DNA of 64,000 nucleotides from Ramazzottius varieornatus (taxonomy: Eukaryota; Animalia; Tardigrada): contig BDGG01000020.1 in assembly GCA_001949185.1 (NCBI GenBank), positions 248,001-312,000 on the forward strand. Reading direction: 5' to 3'. Positions within the stretch are counted from its first letter, which is position 1; every line of letters starts with the position of its first letter. Of the stretch, positions 26,130 through 38,522 are shown piece after piece. A program made the translations under genes and the position numbers. The notes beneath the pieces were generated by a model that was not told the DNA's origin, did no database searches, and saw only the letters and a program-made list of their open reading frames with translations.

Positions 26130-26498
26130 TTATTTGAAAATACAGATGCAGGTAGTCTTGATCGGTCCGCCGCAATAACCGCCTTTGCGGCCTCCTCCTA
26201 AAGATTTGCAGTGGCTGTGGCATTGGTACTCGTTGAGTGGACACCCAAAGCCTCGCGTCTCAAGAGCGTCATCCGCGACCAACTGTACAGATCAAGTCAG
26301 CTGATTTTTTCAACGAGCATTTTCTATCACATGGTGGCAGAGTGAAATATAACAAATATTGCGGCGAAGTACCTGAGGAACATCATCGACTCGAGCGTGC
26401 TGGTGTGGAACATTACGTCCTTCTGCCGAAACCCGCAGAGCCGATGCCCCAGCCATAACGAGCATAGCGGCCAGAACGACGAGAGAAAGTTTTGACAT
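26130..26498 (-). CDS. Invertebrate (CS-alpha-beta) defensin precursor, 92 aa, two exons
   Basis: Exon 26498-26373 (signal peptide [20 protein letters not shown] + propiece), phase-0 GT-AG intron, exon 26282-26130 [50 protein letters not shown]; six Cys in C...CxxxC...GYC...CxC pattern. Confidence 0.95.
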
Positions 26499-28057
26499 CT
26501 TGAAGAGCAGGGGAAACCGTGGCAGCTTCCGAGCAGAAACTTGACGGTACGTATCCCGATAAAGTTGTAATTTCAGAGACGGTAAGGGTTTTAGACTTTG
26601 CTGTGAAGTGGGTTCCGAAATCTTGTTTTATCCATTTCAGCGGTAAGGTTTCGTGTCTACTTATTGTTGCTGACCTGTGTGCACACATAAGCAAGGTTCG
26701 CGGAACCGACGATAGGTATTGAAGCAGGTCGGTAGATATCGACAAAGGTGCGCCTGCGGTCACATGTTCAGGACATAAACAGTCATGATTCCTTGAGGTG
26801 TAACTTCGAAGACTTTGGAACGTAAATATCTCGAACTTGTTGGTTAGGTGTTAATGACGGAGGAAGCGGTACGAGAGCCGGAAATGTGACTCTGATAAGG
26901 TTCGTTTTCGGCGAATAGCAAGGATACACCTTCCATTGTTTTGGAATTTGGAATGCGTATTTTTGAGTCTGCAATGGCCACGTAGGTGCAAACCGACAAT
27001 GTACTATCTACCGGGAAAGATTGGAAAAGTAGAATAGAAAGAAGTTCTGCAGTATCGAGAGTTCCTTTCCTGTTTTTCACTCCAGGAGCTTTTGCCCAGA
27101 GAACCTCAGAAACGTCGACCTTCCATGGCGGTCTCGAAATGGAAGTAAAGATGCCTGGAACAGACCAGTGGACTGATCCTCGGTCACCATCGTACTGAAG
27201 AACAGGACAATGGCGCTTTTCCTTGATCAAACACTACTCTTGATTTGAGATTATCCGGAAAGTTTCGAATGGAATTTCTGACGTGGCTGTATCGTACGAG
27301 TGTTGTACGATGGAGTAGCCTAGCGTGTGCACGAAGAACTGCGTACGTGGCAACTGGCCAACTACAAGAGCATTCTCGCCACTGAGGGAAGACCCGGAAG
27401 AGCTCGATATATTGCCATATGACTTAACACTTTACTGCAGCATGGCCAACCCTTCCGGCACGTCACATTAAATATCGGGTGCGGCTATCACGCGAAACCA
27501 TCAAATCGAAGACGATCCATTTGATGCAAATCTGCCCCAGTTAGCGTGGCAGATTGCATCCAGTGGATCATCTTCAACGCTCCGCTTGTGGTACCTTCTC
27601 TGTCTAGCCTGTGGTCTGTTACGAAGTATGGTAGTTTTCAAAATGCCCGGTAGAGCCCACGGAAGAAATTCGACCACAGACAAACACTCGTACCCGCCAG
27701 ACGTTTTCGAGTCAAATTGGCAACCCCGTTCGAAGGGCAATCGTCGAGAGGTTGCAATGTCCTGGATGACTTTATCCAAGCTGGTACTGTATTGCCCGGC
27801 GGAAGTCAACTTCACGCTGCTGATAGTACCGACATGGACTTTTCCCCTAACATCTTTGCTGTAATACCTAACATGTTCGAGTCAGCCACCTTTTAAAGTC
27901 CGAGTAAGTACGTGTACCTCAGTTGTTCAATTCCTGACACTGATCATGATGACAGTACATATTTTTCGGCGTTGTGGAATTCGCCTCACGTTTCGTGTTT
28001 GCTCGGTGACTGAGTGTTTATTTCATTGGTGATAACAGTTGAAAACACAGGAAAAAA

Positions 28058-31000
28058 TTACAGTAGTATCGACGTAACATTGCCCGTAACGGGCCTCGGA
28101 CTATGCTCCATATTCGCAACAGCAAAGGGGAATAACGATTCTAAAACTCTTCTGTGGTACTTCGTCCTCGGCGCCAAACCGGCAGAAAACTGCTGGAAGA
28201 ATGAATGCGGCTTATGGACACGCAACTGTGAGATCACTTTGCCCGGGTCACTTAGTCTCTCAGGAAGTATTCTCCGCACGGCTGCATCGGCACTGTCGGG
28301 GTAGACAACGTGTGCGGTAATGGGCGGACTTCCGAGGGCGGGACCTACAGTACGAAGATTGTGTGGTCGAACTGAACGCTGGGTTCTTTTCGCAAAGTTC
28401 ATTACCTGTCTGAATAGTATTGTGAAGATCTTTCTCGGGCAGGACCAGTATCGGTCTTTCGGTCGCTGGCATTTCCTGGACAGTCAACTTGATTGAGGTG
28501 GCTGACGTGCTGCTGGAAGTAAATACCCAGGAGGTTGTCGTGGAGGCGACTGTGCTCGACACGGTGGGAGACGTCGAGGACGGTGTCACAGTCGAAGCGG
28601 CGCCTTTTGTGGGCTGAAAAACAAAGTTTACTTATCAAGAAAGCGATGTAGACGATTCACAATGGAAAGAAACGTTTGCCGTCTGTGCCATGTATCACAC
28701 AAGAAGTACAGTAGTCAGAGTGCGAGACAGTTATCCACACGCGGGCAAGGAATTCGAAACCGGTGTTTTGTTCTTAGACATAAGAGGAGCGCTATTTTCC
28801 TCACCTGGGTCGTTGTGATTCTCGTCGTGGCGGTTGTCGCGCTAAGAGATCCCGGGTGATCCGTAGGCGTAGTGAACTTGGTTCCTTCGGGCGTGGTCAT
28901 TGTTATTGTCATCGTAGTAGGGGCCACTGTGGGAAAATCCAGTGGGACTTCATTGAAGACCTGAGGTGGCATGAACTCTCCATGTTGGTACTTTTTCTTC
29001 AGGTGGAATTCCACCCAATATGGCATGTCCATGTTACCGAAGGACACTTCCATCACCTCATCGTAGTGCCCACTGGCGAAGGCCCGCAGGGTGTAGTTTC
29101 CTGGCAGCAGTAAGCGCCAAAACTCTCCGCGCTCGGTGGTTTCGAACTCCATACTGCGACCCTGCACTGTGACGAAGGAGTGGGGAATCGGCCTGTCTTC
29201 CTCGTCCAGTACCAGACCCTTCACTCCTACAGTGAAAAGAAACTCTTCAGCCTACGTCCAGCGACTGGATTTGGTGCAACGCAAGGTTCGATGCCTACCG
29301 AGTTGTGCAGACTGAACGAATTCGACCATCGCTTCCTTATTCTCTTCCCAGAAGTGTTTCAGCATGGATCGCGGCGGGTATTTGCAGCAGGAAACTTCGA
29401 GGGTAATTTCCATCACACCGGCCACGACGTAGTTGAAGTCCTGCATACCTCCTGCAAAAAGCATTAGTTTCAACGAAGGTCGTAATGAATTAGGAACGCC
29501 AGAAAAGGCGTGGCGTGCGACGTTAAGGCGGTTGTGAGATTGTTGCTTTGAAAGAGAGAGTGAACTACTAGTAATATTGCCTGAGTTATTTTTTCCGGTA
29601 TCAAATCACTTTAATAACTTGTACCCGTCAGAGGAAACCATCCAGCGCCGTTCGTCACTCCACCCTCGAAGTAATCTCCGCAGCTAAGTCCCGTGTGCAT
29701 ATGGAGATGTCGTTGGGCATATCCGTTTGCTGTAAAGAGCGAAAGTCAGGCATTGCCCACCAGCTTTGTACTGTGTCAACTGTAACCCGACACCGTGTGA
29801 CGCGGTATGCCGTAAGTCACGTAATCAAGGTACAAAGTGGCTGAAGTAGCTTTTAGTCAAACTTCCAACAGAGCTGTTAATACCCAAATAATAAAAGACA
29901 TCATGATCCTCGGTCAGCGTCAACTTGGGCACTTGAGAGTAGCCAGCGTAATTGTCCCAAGGGTAACTGGCCACTACAGCGCCACCGTGAAAGTTGGCCG
30001 AAAGAACGAAGCGGTGGTTCTTCAACCATTTAATCACGTTCTTTGTTTCCTTTTCGCGACGCACAAAGTTCTTCCGCATAAAATCGGGGAAGTTCCGGTT
30101 GAGATCTGCCCCTCTCGAGTTGTACCTGTAGCACAATATGTGACAAAATGAGACACATTAGCCAATGCATACGGTCGATTGCAGGAATATAGTACACGAA
30201 CGACGGGATATTATGGGCCAGTAAATATTACGGGCCAGGCGGAAAAGACGGCAAATTTAAAATTTGTATGAAAGTCAGAAACAGAAATCGGAGAAATGAC
30301 GTAACGTAGTCAAAATTCAACCGTAGAAAATTGTCACGGACAGTGGCCATCAGCCGATCAGCTCTTTTACCCTAACACTTCAACGCTGCTGTGCATAGCT
30401 ATTCGACTTTCTCTCGGAGAAGCTCTGGACTTCTTGTCCCGATATTCATTCCGTCACCGTTTTTGCAGATGCCCCAGCCTTTCAAGACCAAGCGGCATCG
30501 ACGATACACCGAAGAAGCTCTGAAGGATGCTCTATCTGCTGCCGAGAACGGAATGGCACTGAGCGAAGCAGCTTGAGTCTTTACAGTTCCACACACTACC
30601 GTCAAACGTTATGGCGAAGATACCTCATCGAAGAAGATCGGTCGAGGAATACTTCCGAAGAAATTAGTATGACAACTTTTAGCTCCCTCGGCCCAATATC
30701 CAGCATGTACGTATAGCCGGGCAGCTGGTTTTTACTTGTAGCAAGAATCACCTGCCCGTACCGCCGTAGCGAAAGGCCTAGTCCGTAGTTTTTACTGGCC
30801 CATAATATCCCGTCGTTCGTGTACACTCGAAAGACCGTTGGTTTTGGTGGTACTTACCGGCCTTTGGTACCGCTGCAAGTCCCTTCCTCGGCAGATTCAA
30901 ATCCATCGGGGTTCATGGTAGGTAACAGGTGGATTTCGGTAGTTTCCATTACAGTCCCGATCGTACTGTCATTCTTCGAATGCTTTAAAATATGGTGGGC

Positions 31001-31546
31001 AAAATGGATTAGCAGGGACCTGCCCACTGGCTGCAATAAAAAACACTAATTTCATACTACCAACAAAGCCAGAACTAAATGAGGGATACTAAGATTAGGA
31101 TATTTATGAGGGAGTATTCAACAAATTGCAAAATTTTTCTGCGAATATTTCACAATAGGTACCTCATTGCCATGCATGTTTCCCACAAGTTTCACTGCCG
31201 GTCTTCCCAGCGGTCTTTCCTTATTGGCTTCCGCTGCTAACATCAAGACCCACATCTCCCTTCCTCGTTCCGACTTTCCCAGTGAGTATAACTTTGTCTC
31301 ATTGGGGTAAAGCCGATTCAAATGCTGCAGTTCGGTGGTTAGCTCGAGGTAATTATTGTACTGGAAGGGCGACGAATGATGAGTGGACAACCCATCGACA
31401 ACCGACAAGGTGAACACAATGTAAAGAAATGGCAAGGTAAAATGTTCGCCTCGAACGTAATCGGTGCAGCATAATCTGAACTTCCTTCTTGATGGTGAGG
31501 TCGAGATTGCCGCTAAATGCCGTAAAATCGAGATACGAAGAGACAT
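28058..31546 (-). CDS. M14B (CPM/CPD/CPE-type) metallocarboxypeptidase with Thr/Ser-rich C-terminal extension
   Basis: VGNMHGNE, LPTMNPDGFE, RYNSRGADLNRNFPD, SANFHGGAVVASYPWD, GMQDFNY, EITLEVSCCKYP, transthyretin-like domain (GEFWRLLLPGNY); start codon and last exon less certain. Confidence 0.9.
30195..30821 (+). mobile_element. Internally deleted pogo/Tigger-like DNA transposon with HTH_psq transposase remnant
   Basis: Perfect 31-bp TIR CACGAACGACGGGATATTATGGGCCAGTAAA, TA flanks; 30469-30612 reads MPQPFKTKRHRRYTEEALKDALSAAENGMALSEAA*VFTVPHTTVKRY. Confidence 0.85.
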
Positions 31547-33030
31547 GTTGCTTTTTGGTCGCGTAGAAAACCCCACCACGGGCGACGCAGTAAACGTCTC
31601 GGACAACCAGAACGTAGGTGTCTGACCAGAGCGTCAGTCAATATGCTTTAGAATGCAGATGGTCCATCAAAGTTGCGAAATTTACACATTGATACAACGA
31701 CCATCATGTATGCAGTGACACTTCATATTTCCGGTCGACATTACAATGACCATCGTCGCATCGATCAAAAACGTTCAGCTGGTCAATACGCCCATTGTGG
31801 CGATGAGTCAAACACAGACATCACCTCGTCATATTACATTCCGCATTGTTTAAAAATCACGATAAAATTTCGGCTGGTAGAATAGAGAAAATTTCAAATT
31901 TCAAGATAATAGGAACTGCAGGCCAGAAAACAGTCAGACAAGGACGTAAGTCTGAACTGCCGATGAACGCGCAAATGGCAGACTTTTCGGTCAGACCAAA
32001 TGAACGATGATCAACAGGAGGGAATTAATTTATACCGGGTATTAAAAAGGCATATTCACGGTTGATTATTTCTCTTCAATGGATAATCGATCATGACTGT
32101 GTTGAAGGTGATATTCCTGACTGATTTGTCTGCTACGACTATACCGGTAACTGTCGACTTGACTTGCCACTGTTGACTTATCGCCATGGTGTTGATATGT
32201 TGAGCTTCCACAGTGTAATGTTGTCCAGTTGAGCGGCTTGAGTCAATAACGAACAGGGGCACCAAGAGCTACATTACACACAAATGGTCATTGTGTCCGG
32301 CGCCGGAGCTCAAAGGCAAGGTCAAGGCGATAAGCTGTTGCGCCTCAAGTGAGCAGATCGAGGAACCCTTGTGTTGCGTACTGTAAGCTCGATACTGCAA
32401 CACCGACTGGGGCACTCTCAGCAGATGACCTGTAGACCTTTTCTAACAGTTGTGCGCCACTTTTCAACGCTACTGTTCACATAAACAATGGCACACGAGG
32501 CTGCACTATTGCAAGAGCTGACGTACCGCTCAATGGCGAGTCGCTTTTGAGGATATTGAGCACGACGCGACACAGTACTGCGAAACTCGAAGGTTCGTCG
32601 CTCATAACTCACCAGCAAGTAACAGAAAGAGTAGTCAAAGAGGAAAGGGTGGAAACCCAGTTAAAGAAAACTAAGCGGGACGTCGGCAAGTGGTTTCACT
32701 CAGATATCTTCACAAGTGGCGCACACTCCCAGCCAATCACAAAGGAACTGTGCCCACTTCAAAATACCGTTCGTTTGCTGACGACTGAAAAGGTGCTTGA
32801 AAATTTGGGTATAGGAAGAACTTTCATAAAAAAAGCCGCTTCCCGTCAGAAGCATATCAAAAACAGTCCAGTTTCAAACGAAATAAATAAGCATAAAAGT
32901 TTAGATTGATTCTGTATGCGGAAACGAGGATCAGGTTTGAAACAAAATAAAAAGCAATAAATATCATAAACTCTACAGACGTGGGAGGTTTTGTGTACTC
33001 GACACTGCTATATACGTTCAACAGCGTGTT

Positions 33031-34611
33031 TCATGCATGGGCTTTTTCTTCTGCCTGCTGGGTCGCGATGGCCTGTCTTTCATCGCCTCTGAGAGCATCA
33101 GCATACTCGTAAAACCCCTTCCCACTTTTCTTTCCTATCCTACCTTCCGCAACCATTTTGTCAATCAGGAGGATAGGTTTAAACACTGGATCGTTTGGGT
33201 GGTCTCTGCTCCATGCTAGAAAGACATAAACGTTCACCTACTGTTTCGGTGTTCGATTTGAGCAGCGAAGGGATACTCCAGTCGGCGAACAACCACAAAG
33301 TCTCTTATACGTACCATCTCCAATGTGCTTGGCCAGGTCAATGCCGGTCAGGTCGGTCAGTTCGATCGGACCAACTTTGTAGCCGGCTCCCAGCTTCATG
33401 GCCGTGCTGAGAATGTTAAACGGCAGTTAATGTCAGTGTTGATGTTAATATCTTAAGTGGCGCATGCTTCCAGCCAACAACAGCAAGAACGTGCGCCACT
33501 TCACGTTTCAAATGGATTTCGAGCGACAGTACTCAATATCCTTTGCAGCAGCGTCACCGCGTTCCAGCATCCTTATGGCCTCCATGGTGTATGGAATCAG
33601 CAGACGGTTCACTATGAACCCTCTTGTATCCTACGAAAAGAGATGGATTGGCGAGGCCGCGAGGACAAGAGTTTCTGATATAGGTGGAACCACTTCCACC
33701 ATTCCATGCTGTAAGTCCCAAGCGGCTCCTTGACGTCAGCGCGCCCAACGACTAGTTCCCGAAACCGCAGTGACGTCATACACTGAACAGTGGGTAAAGA
33801 CGTACCTTGCACTTGATTGGGACTTTGTTGATTGCTTTCACAAAGCTCATGAGAGATTCCAGCGTATCGTCGCTCGTTTGATCTATCCGGACAACTTCTA
33901 CCAGCTTCATCACAGGCACAGGGCTAAAGAAATGAAGACCACCAAAGCGATCCTTCCTCTCGGTGGCTTCGGCCATAGCACCGACGGAAAGGGAAGAGGT
34001 ATTGGTGGTAAATATCGTATGACTGAAAACAACACGGTGAAGTTATTCGTCAACAATTCTAAAAATATTCCTCCAACAATATCTCGACTTACTTTGCGGC
34101 CACTTTGTCTATTTTATGGAAGAGGTCCTTCTTGGAAGGCAAGTGTTCAACGATAGCTTCGATGACCAAGTCGGCTTGTCCAGCGGGTATGCATGGATCG
34201 TTGTAAGCGCGTACGCGACTCAGTGTTTCCTCCACAAATGTCTTTTGCTTCTGGAATGACTAATTTCATTTGAAGAATTTAAACGATGGCTCCTCTACTT
34301 ATGTTACCGTACGTCTTTTTCGTCGGGAAACTGTTTCTGAGCATGTTTTGTCAGGCTTTTCTCCATGTGACTCTTGGCGTCGTCCACCATTTTGGTGGAT
34401 CGATCAACGAGGGACACATTCATACCTGCCGCGGCAACCACCTGTAAAATAAGAATACAGTACATATTGACGGATGGGTGATCCATGGTAGATTTACCTG
34501 GGCAATGCCTGTTCCCATCAAGCCGGAGCCAACAACCATTACATCACGAATCACTGACTTCTGGACGGAGTAGCTTCTCTGGACAACCTGATGGACTGTG
34601 GAAGACAACAT
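33031..34611 (-). CDS. HADH: Short-chain 3-hydroxyacyl-CoA dehydrogenase, mitochondrial
   Basis: VVGSGLMGTGIAQV, DLVIEAIVE, FTTNTSSL, GGLHFFSPVPVMKLVEV, GFIVNRLLIPY, AMKLGAGY, GKKSGKGFYEY over 7 exons. Confidence 0.95.
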
Positions 34612-34820
34612 GGTATGTTCTTGGGGGTTCTTATTCTACCACCGCAAGACACTGTACTGTATTGACTCCGTTGAAGCACAAGCAAGAATCCAGAAGAGAT
34701 TCACGATCTGGAATCTTCAGTCTTCTTTAACCTTCATGCATTCATCGCAATCGCCAGCGCCCAATCAAAAATCGAAAACACAGTAAAGCAACCAAGTGAA
34801 CCAACAATCAATTGAACAGG

Positions 34821-35462
34821 TAGTGCTGGGATGAATATGATATATCGTATCTTATCGAAACATATCACATCACAGTGACTCGATATGACATATATATCAT
34901 ATCGAAATATCGATATGGACGGACTATCGCTGAACGGGATATGATAAATATTATATCGCGGTATATCGATATATTTCTGATATATCGATAAGTCGCAATC
35001 CCGCACTTGAGAATCGGAACTTCGGAAGTCACCACTCCGGTTCGGTACCGCGCAGGCAGCGCAGCCTCGCCCGTGATGTATCACGCGCATGCATCCAACC
35101 TAACTTCGGAGAAGTGAACAGTTAGCGTACCTAGGTGCGTAACGACAGACCTTGACAGATTGAGCAACGAACACACTCGCGTACACGAAGACATCTGACT
35201 TTTGTTCTGACTCGAGCGTAGTGAACGACAGCCGTTTGGTTTCTCTTTGGCTCTTTCTTGGATTCGATAGCTTTCAACATGGTACTGCCTTGATATATCG
35301 ATATATCACTGCAATAAAATTCGATATATCAACAATAAAATATGAGAAACGTATCATATCGAAATATCGATACGTGGTTGATGTCTAAAACGAAACATAA
35401 ATATTGAAAGATATTTGTCACAAAATATCATATCGTATTTCATCGTATTTATCCTGGCACTA
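34821..35462. mobile_element. hAT-type MITE with ATATCG-rich subtermini
   Basis: TIR TAGTGC(TG/CA)GGAT(G/A)AATA(T/C)GAT; TSD TGAACAGG / CTAACAGG (6 of 8). Confidence 0.8.
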
Positions 35463-36736
35463 CTAACAGGCCGTCCTGGCCAGGGGTAGGCTAGCAGACC
35501 AGTTTAGGCTGGAAAACGATATATTCTAAATCGAAGCTTTTCCCACTGAGTTTCTCCCACAAAACGCTTGATATTGAAAACCCGCTACCGAAAACTAAGA
35601 ATCGGACCTCAATGGTCCTCTTGACTGTGAAACGGCTTTCAAATCTTTAATCTCAGACTTGAGCGTGCAAAGCCTGATAGCGTTTTAGGTTGACCCAACT
35701 TCCACTTCGTGAATTTTTTCGTCCATGAGCGACAATGAATCTAATTTCTGTTCAGTCTATGGACAAAACCATCTTTTATTTTGCGAACAAGAAGCAGCGC
35801 AGCAGCAGCATAAGCGTTCATGAACCAGACGAATGTTTTGACGACTTTTCTGTCCATAACGGTCCCTAAAAGCTCAAGCAAGTCTTCGAACTTGACAGCA
35901 GTCCAGTAGTACCCGCTGAAGTGCAGTGTGTTTTCGGAATATCGCCATGATTCGTCGCCGGTGGATCTTTAGTTTGGCCGAGTTCCCCAGGATTCACCAC
36001 GAAACGAATTTTCCGAGCGGTTCGAGAATCTTCAAAAATTAACGTTGGGTGGTTGATGTTGGAAAACCCGGCATTGCCCAAACCGGCGTTATGAGCATTT
36101 TCTTATAGGCTTGATTGCAATACTAGCCGCTCGACAAACCAACCCACCTCAAAGCAATAGTACATTGCAAAACTGGCAGGTGAGTATTGTCCATATTGGT
36201 ACTAATAAGTTAGTAGAACGGCCGTAGCAGGTCTTTCCGTATCAATCGCCCTTGACTTCTCTACATGCCCACCTGGACATGTTGCCGGTAGGGTGCGTGA
36301 CTTTTGTCATTCTGAGCCTTAATGCGACGCGCAAAAAACAGACGGATGTTTTCCTACGTGGTTACCATATGTGCACTAGTGCCAATCCTTTACCACCCGA
36401 CATGTGGGGCAAGCCAGATAGGCTAGAACAGCTGAAGCAAGACGCGTCTCTGGTGCAACGGCATGTCGTATCACCGCACGCTTGTAGCGCACGAGATCAG
36501 TGCTATTTTAATGTTTGTAATAGATAACTGAAATGACCGAAAACTGGCTCTTTCAAATTTTACTATCATAATCAAAATTGTCAAACCCAACCGACGGATT
36601 TTACTGTATAGTGAAATTACAGTAAAACTGGCCGGATGGTGGGATAGTAAAATAGATAATTTAAATTAGGCCAAACTGCAGGTAAAATGGGACTAAAATG
36701 CGGCAAGGAGGTTGAAACTGCGCAGTCGATGGTATT

Positions 36737-36897
36737 TGGGTTCTGGGCAGAGCTCCTCAGAAGTCTGAGGTCACGGCGTAGAGACATAAACGATGAAATT
36801 TAGACAAGGGCCAGGGTAGCTCAAGGGTAGGGGCCGGGGCTTGCCATGTGGAGGCCAAGAATTTTAAAGAAAAACCTGCAACCCTCCCTTGCCTTTA
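36737..36897 (+). repeat. Dispersed repeat, copy 1 (unclassified)
   Basis: Direct, colinear similarity to ~63696-63855 (CTGGGCA...CCTCAGAAGTCTG...AAGGGCCAGGGTA.CTCAAGGG...TTGCCATGTGGAGGCC). Confidence 0.8.
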
Positions 36898-38522
36898 CCC
36901 CATGGTTGGTAGGAAAAAATGTCGCAACCGGGGTTCAACTTCTCGCTTACGCTGATGCGGCGCGTGGCTCACGAAGCAACCTAGTAAGCATCGAGTATTA
37001 TAGCGGCAAGCACCTTTCTCCCTCGTGCGAATTACACATGCGCGCACACATTCGCCCAATCAAGCGCCGTAACACGCAAGCACCCCGTAATTTGATGCAC
37101 CCACGTGCGTTTCACTACACTGTTGGCGCAAATCCAGTAATTTCAGTTGCCGGATTCTGCATTTCGACTATCAATTCTTATGTTTTTCGTATGTTCTTAC
37201 GTTTTTTAAATTCTCATTTAATTCTAATTAATTAGTGGAAGTGTTCAGCCTGGGATTTGCAATTTCAATTGTCATATTGAAATCCCAAAACGGTCGTTTC
37301 TGGCCATTTTCAATTATCAATTGTAATGATCGGAACAACACTGCCAGTGTTGCGCCCTACGACCACACACCATCGAGATTGACCATACCCGATTCGGCTG
37401 CACAACCTTAATATTGTAGCGCATGGTCACGCTCTGGGCAGATGCATGTGCGTGTCACCTCCTGCGCCCGTAGTGCGTCAGTGCGTTCGGTCTGTCTCCG
37501 CCTCCCACAATTGACGGTGAGTGCGCACGGTGGGGGCGCGTGGTAAAAGGATTGCACTAGGATGCCTTTGTTGCCATTTTTCACCCTAGGGCTGTTTTGA
37601 TGCAGGATATAGGACGTTTCCATCATACTAATTGATCCCAGCTTTTCCATCCTGCCCTTTCCACCCTTTTCTTCCAGGATGCGAATTTCCATCTCTTGCA
37701 TATCGGAGCCATTTAGGGTGGTTGTTTTTCCACTATTTCCGGTCCTAGCCCAACCGTGGTCCCGGCCTCCCGGGCAAACCAGTTTTGACCGGACAGCATG
37801 CCAACAGAATTCTGAACCGGCGTAGCAAGCTCGACTGTGTTTGCCACCTCAAGACGAGGAAGGAAGTCATCAGTCAGGGGACAAACGGGTCCACAATTTG
37901 TGCTTTCCGTTGCATGTAGAGCATACCAGCAAAGACGTGAGCGAATATTTCCGCGACATTTTGGCAGCGATGATATCCAGTTTTTCTTGCAATTTGCCGC
38001 CATGCTTAGAGTTAAGATGATCTCATTTCCAAACGTGAATCAGCTTGACTGTTGGGCGTCAGCTTTTAAGACGATTACTACATCAGTATTCCATATCAAC
38101 CACAAATAAAATAGTAAGACCTTGCTCTTCGTATTGTTTACGAGAAACAATCGACCCCAAAGCAAAAGAGTGAAAACAATAACTTAGGGTACCGATGCAA
38201 ACAATGATCGTAATTTATATATACTGCTATCCATTTATTTTCGCTTTACGCTCTGATATTCGCCGAATTTCGATCCGAATTGGTTGAAACTTTGCCCAAA
38301 ATTCATAAATGTTGTGTAAGTGTTGCTAACGTGGTCAGTTTTTTATCTTGCAGTTCAGATTCTGATTTTTTTTCCAAGTTTGTATGTCGCCTGTATGTTT
38401 TCATAATGCGACTCATTGCCTAGCAAACTAGCAAATAATTTGCACAGTTTCATTATGCTGACCTCTATGGTAGTTACGTCTGGGTTTTGAGTTAACTTTT
38501 TCGACCTTCATAAGGCAGCAAA

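Noticed and set aside
26520-28010. Several 60-130 aa ORFs between the defensin and the carboxypeptidase
   Set aside because: Could not assemble a spliced frame or recognise a domain; no second defensin motif seen.
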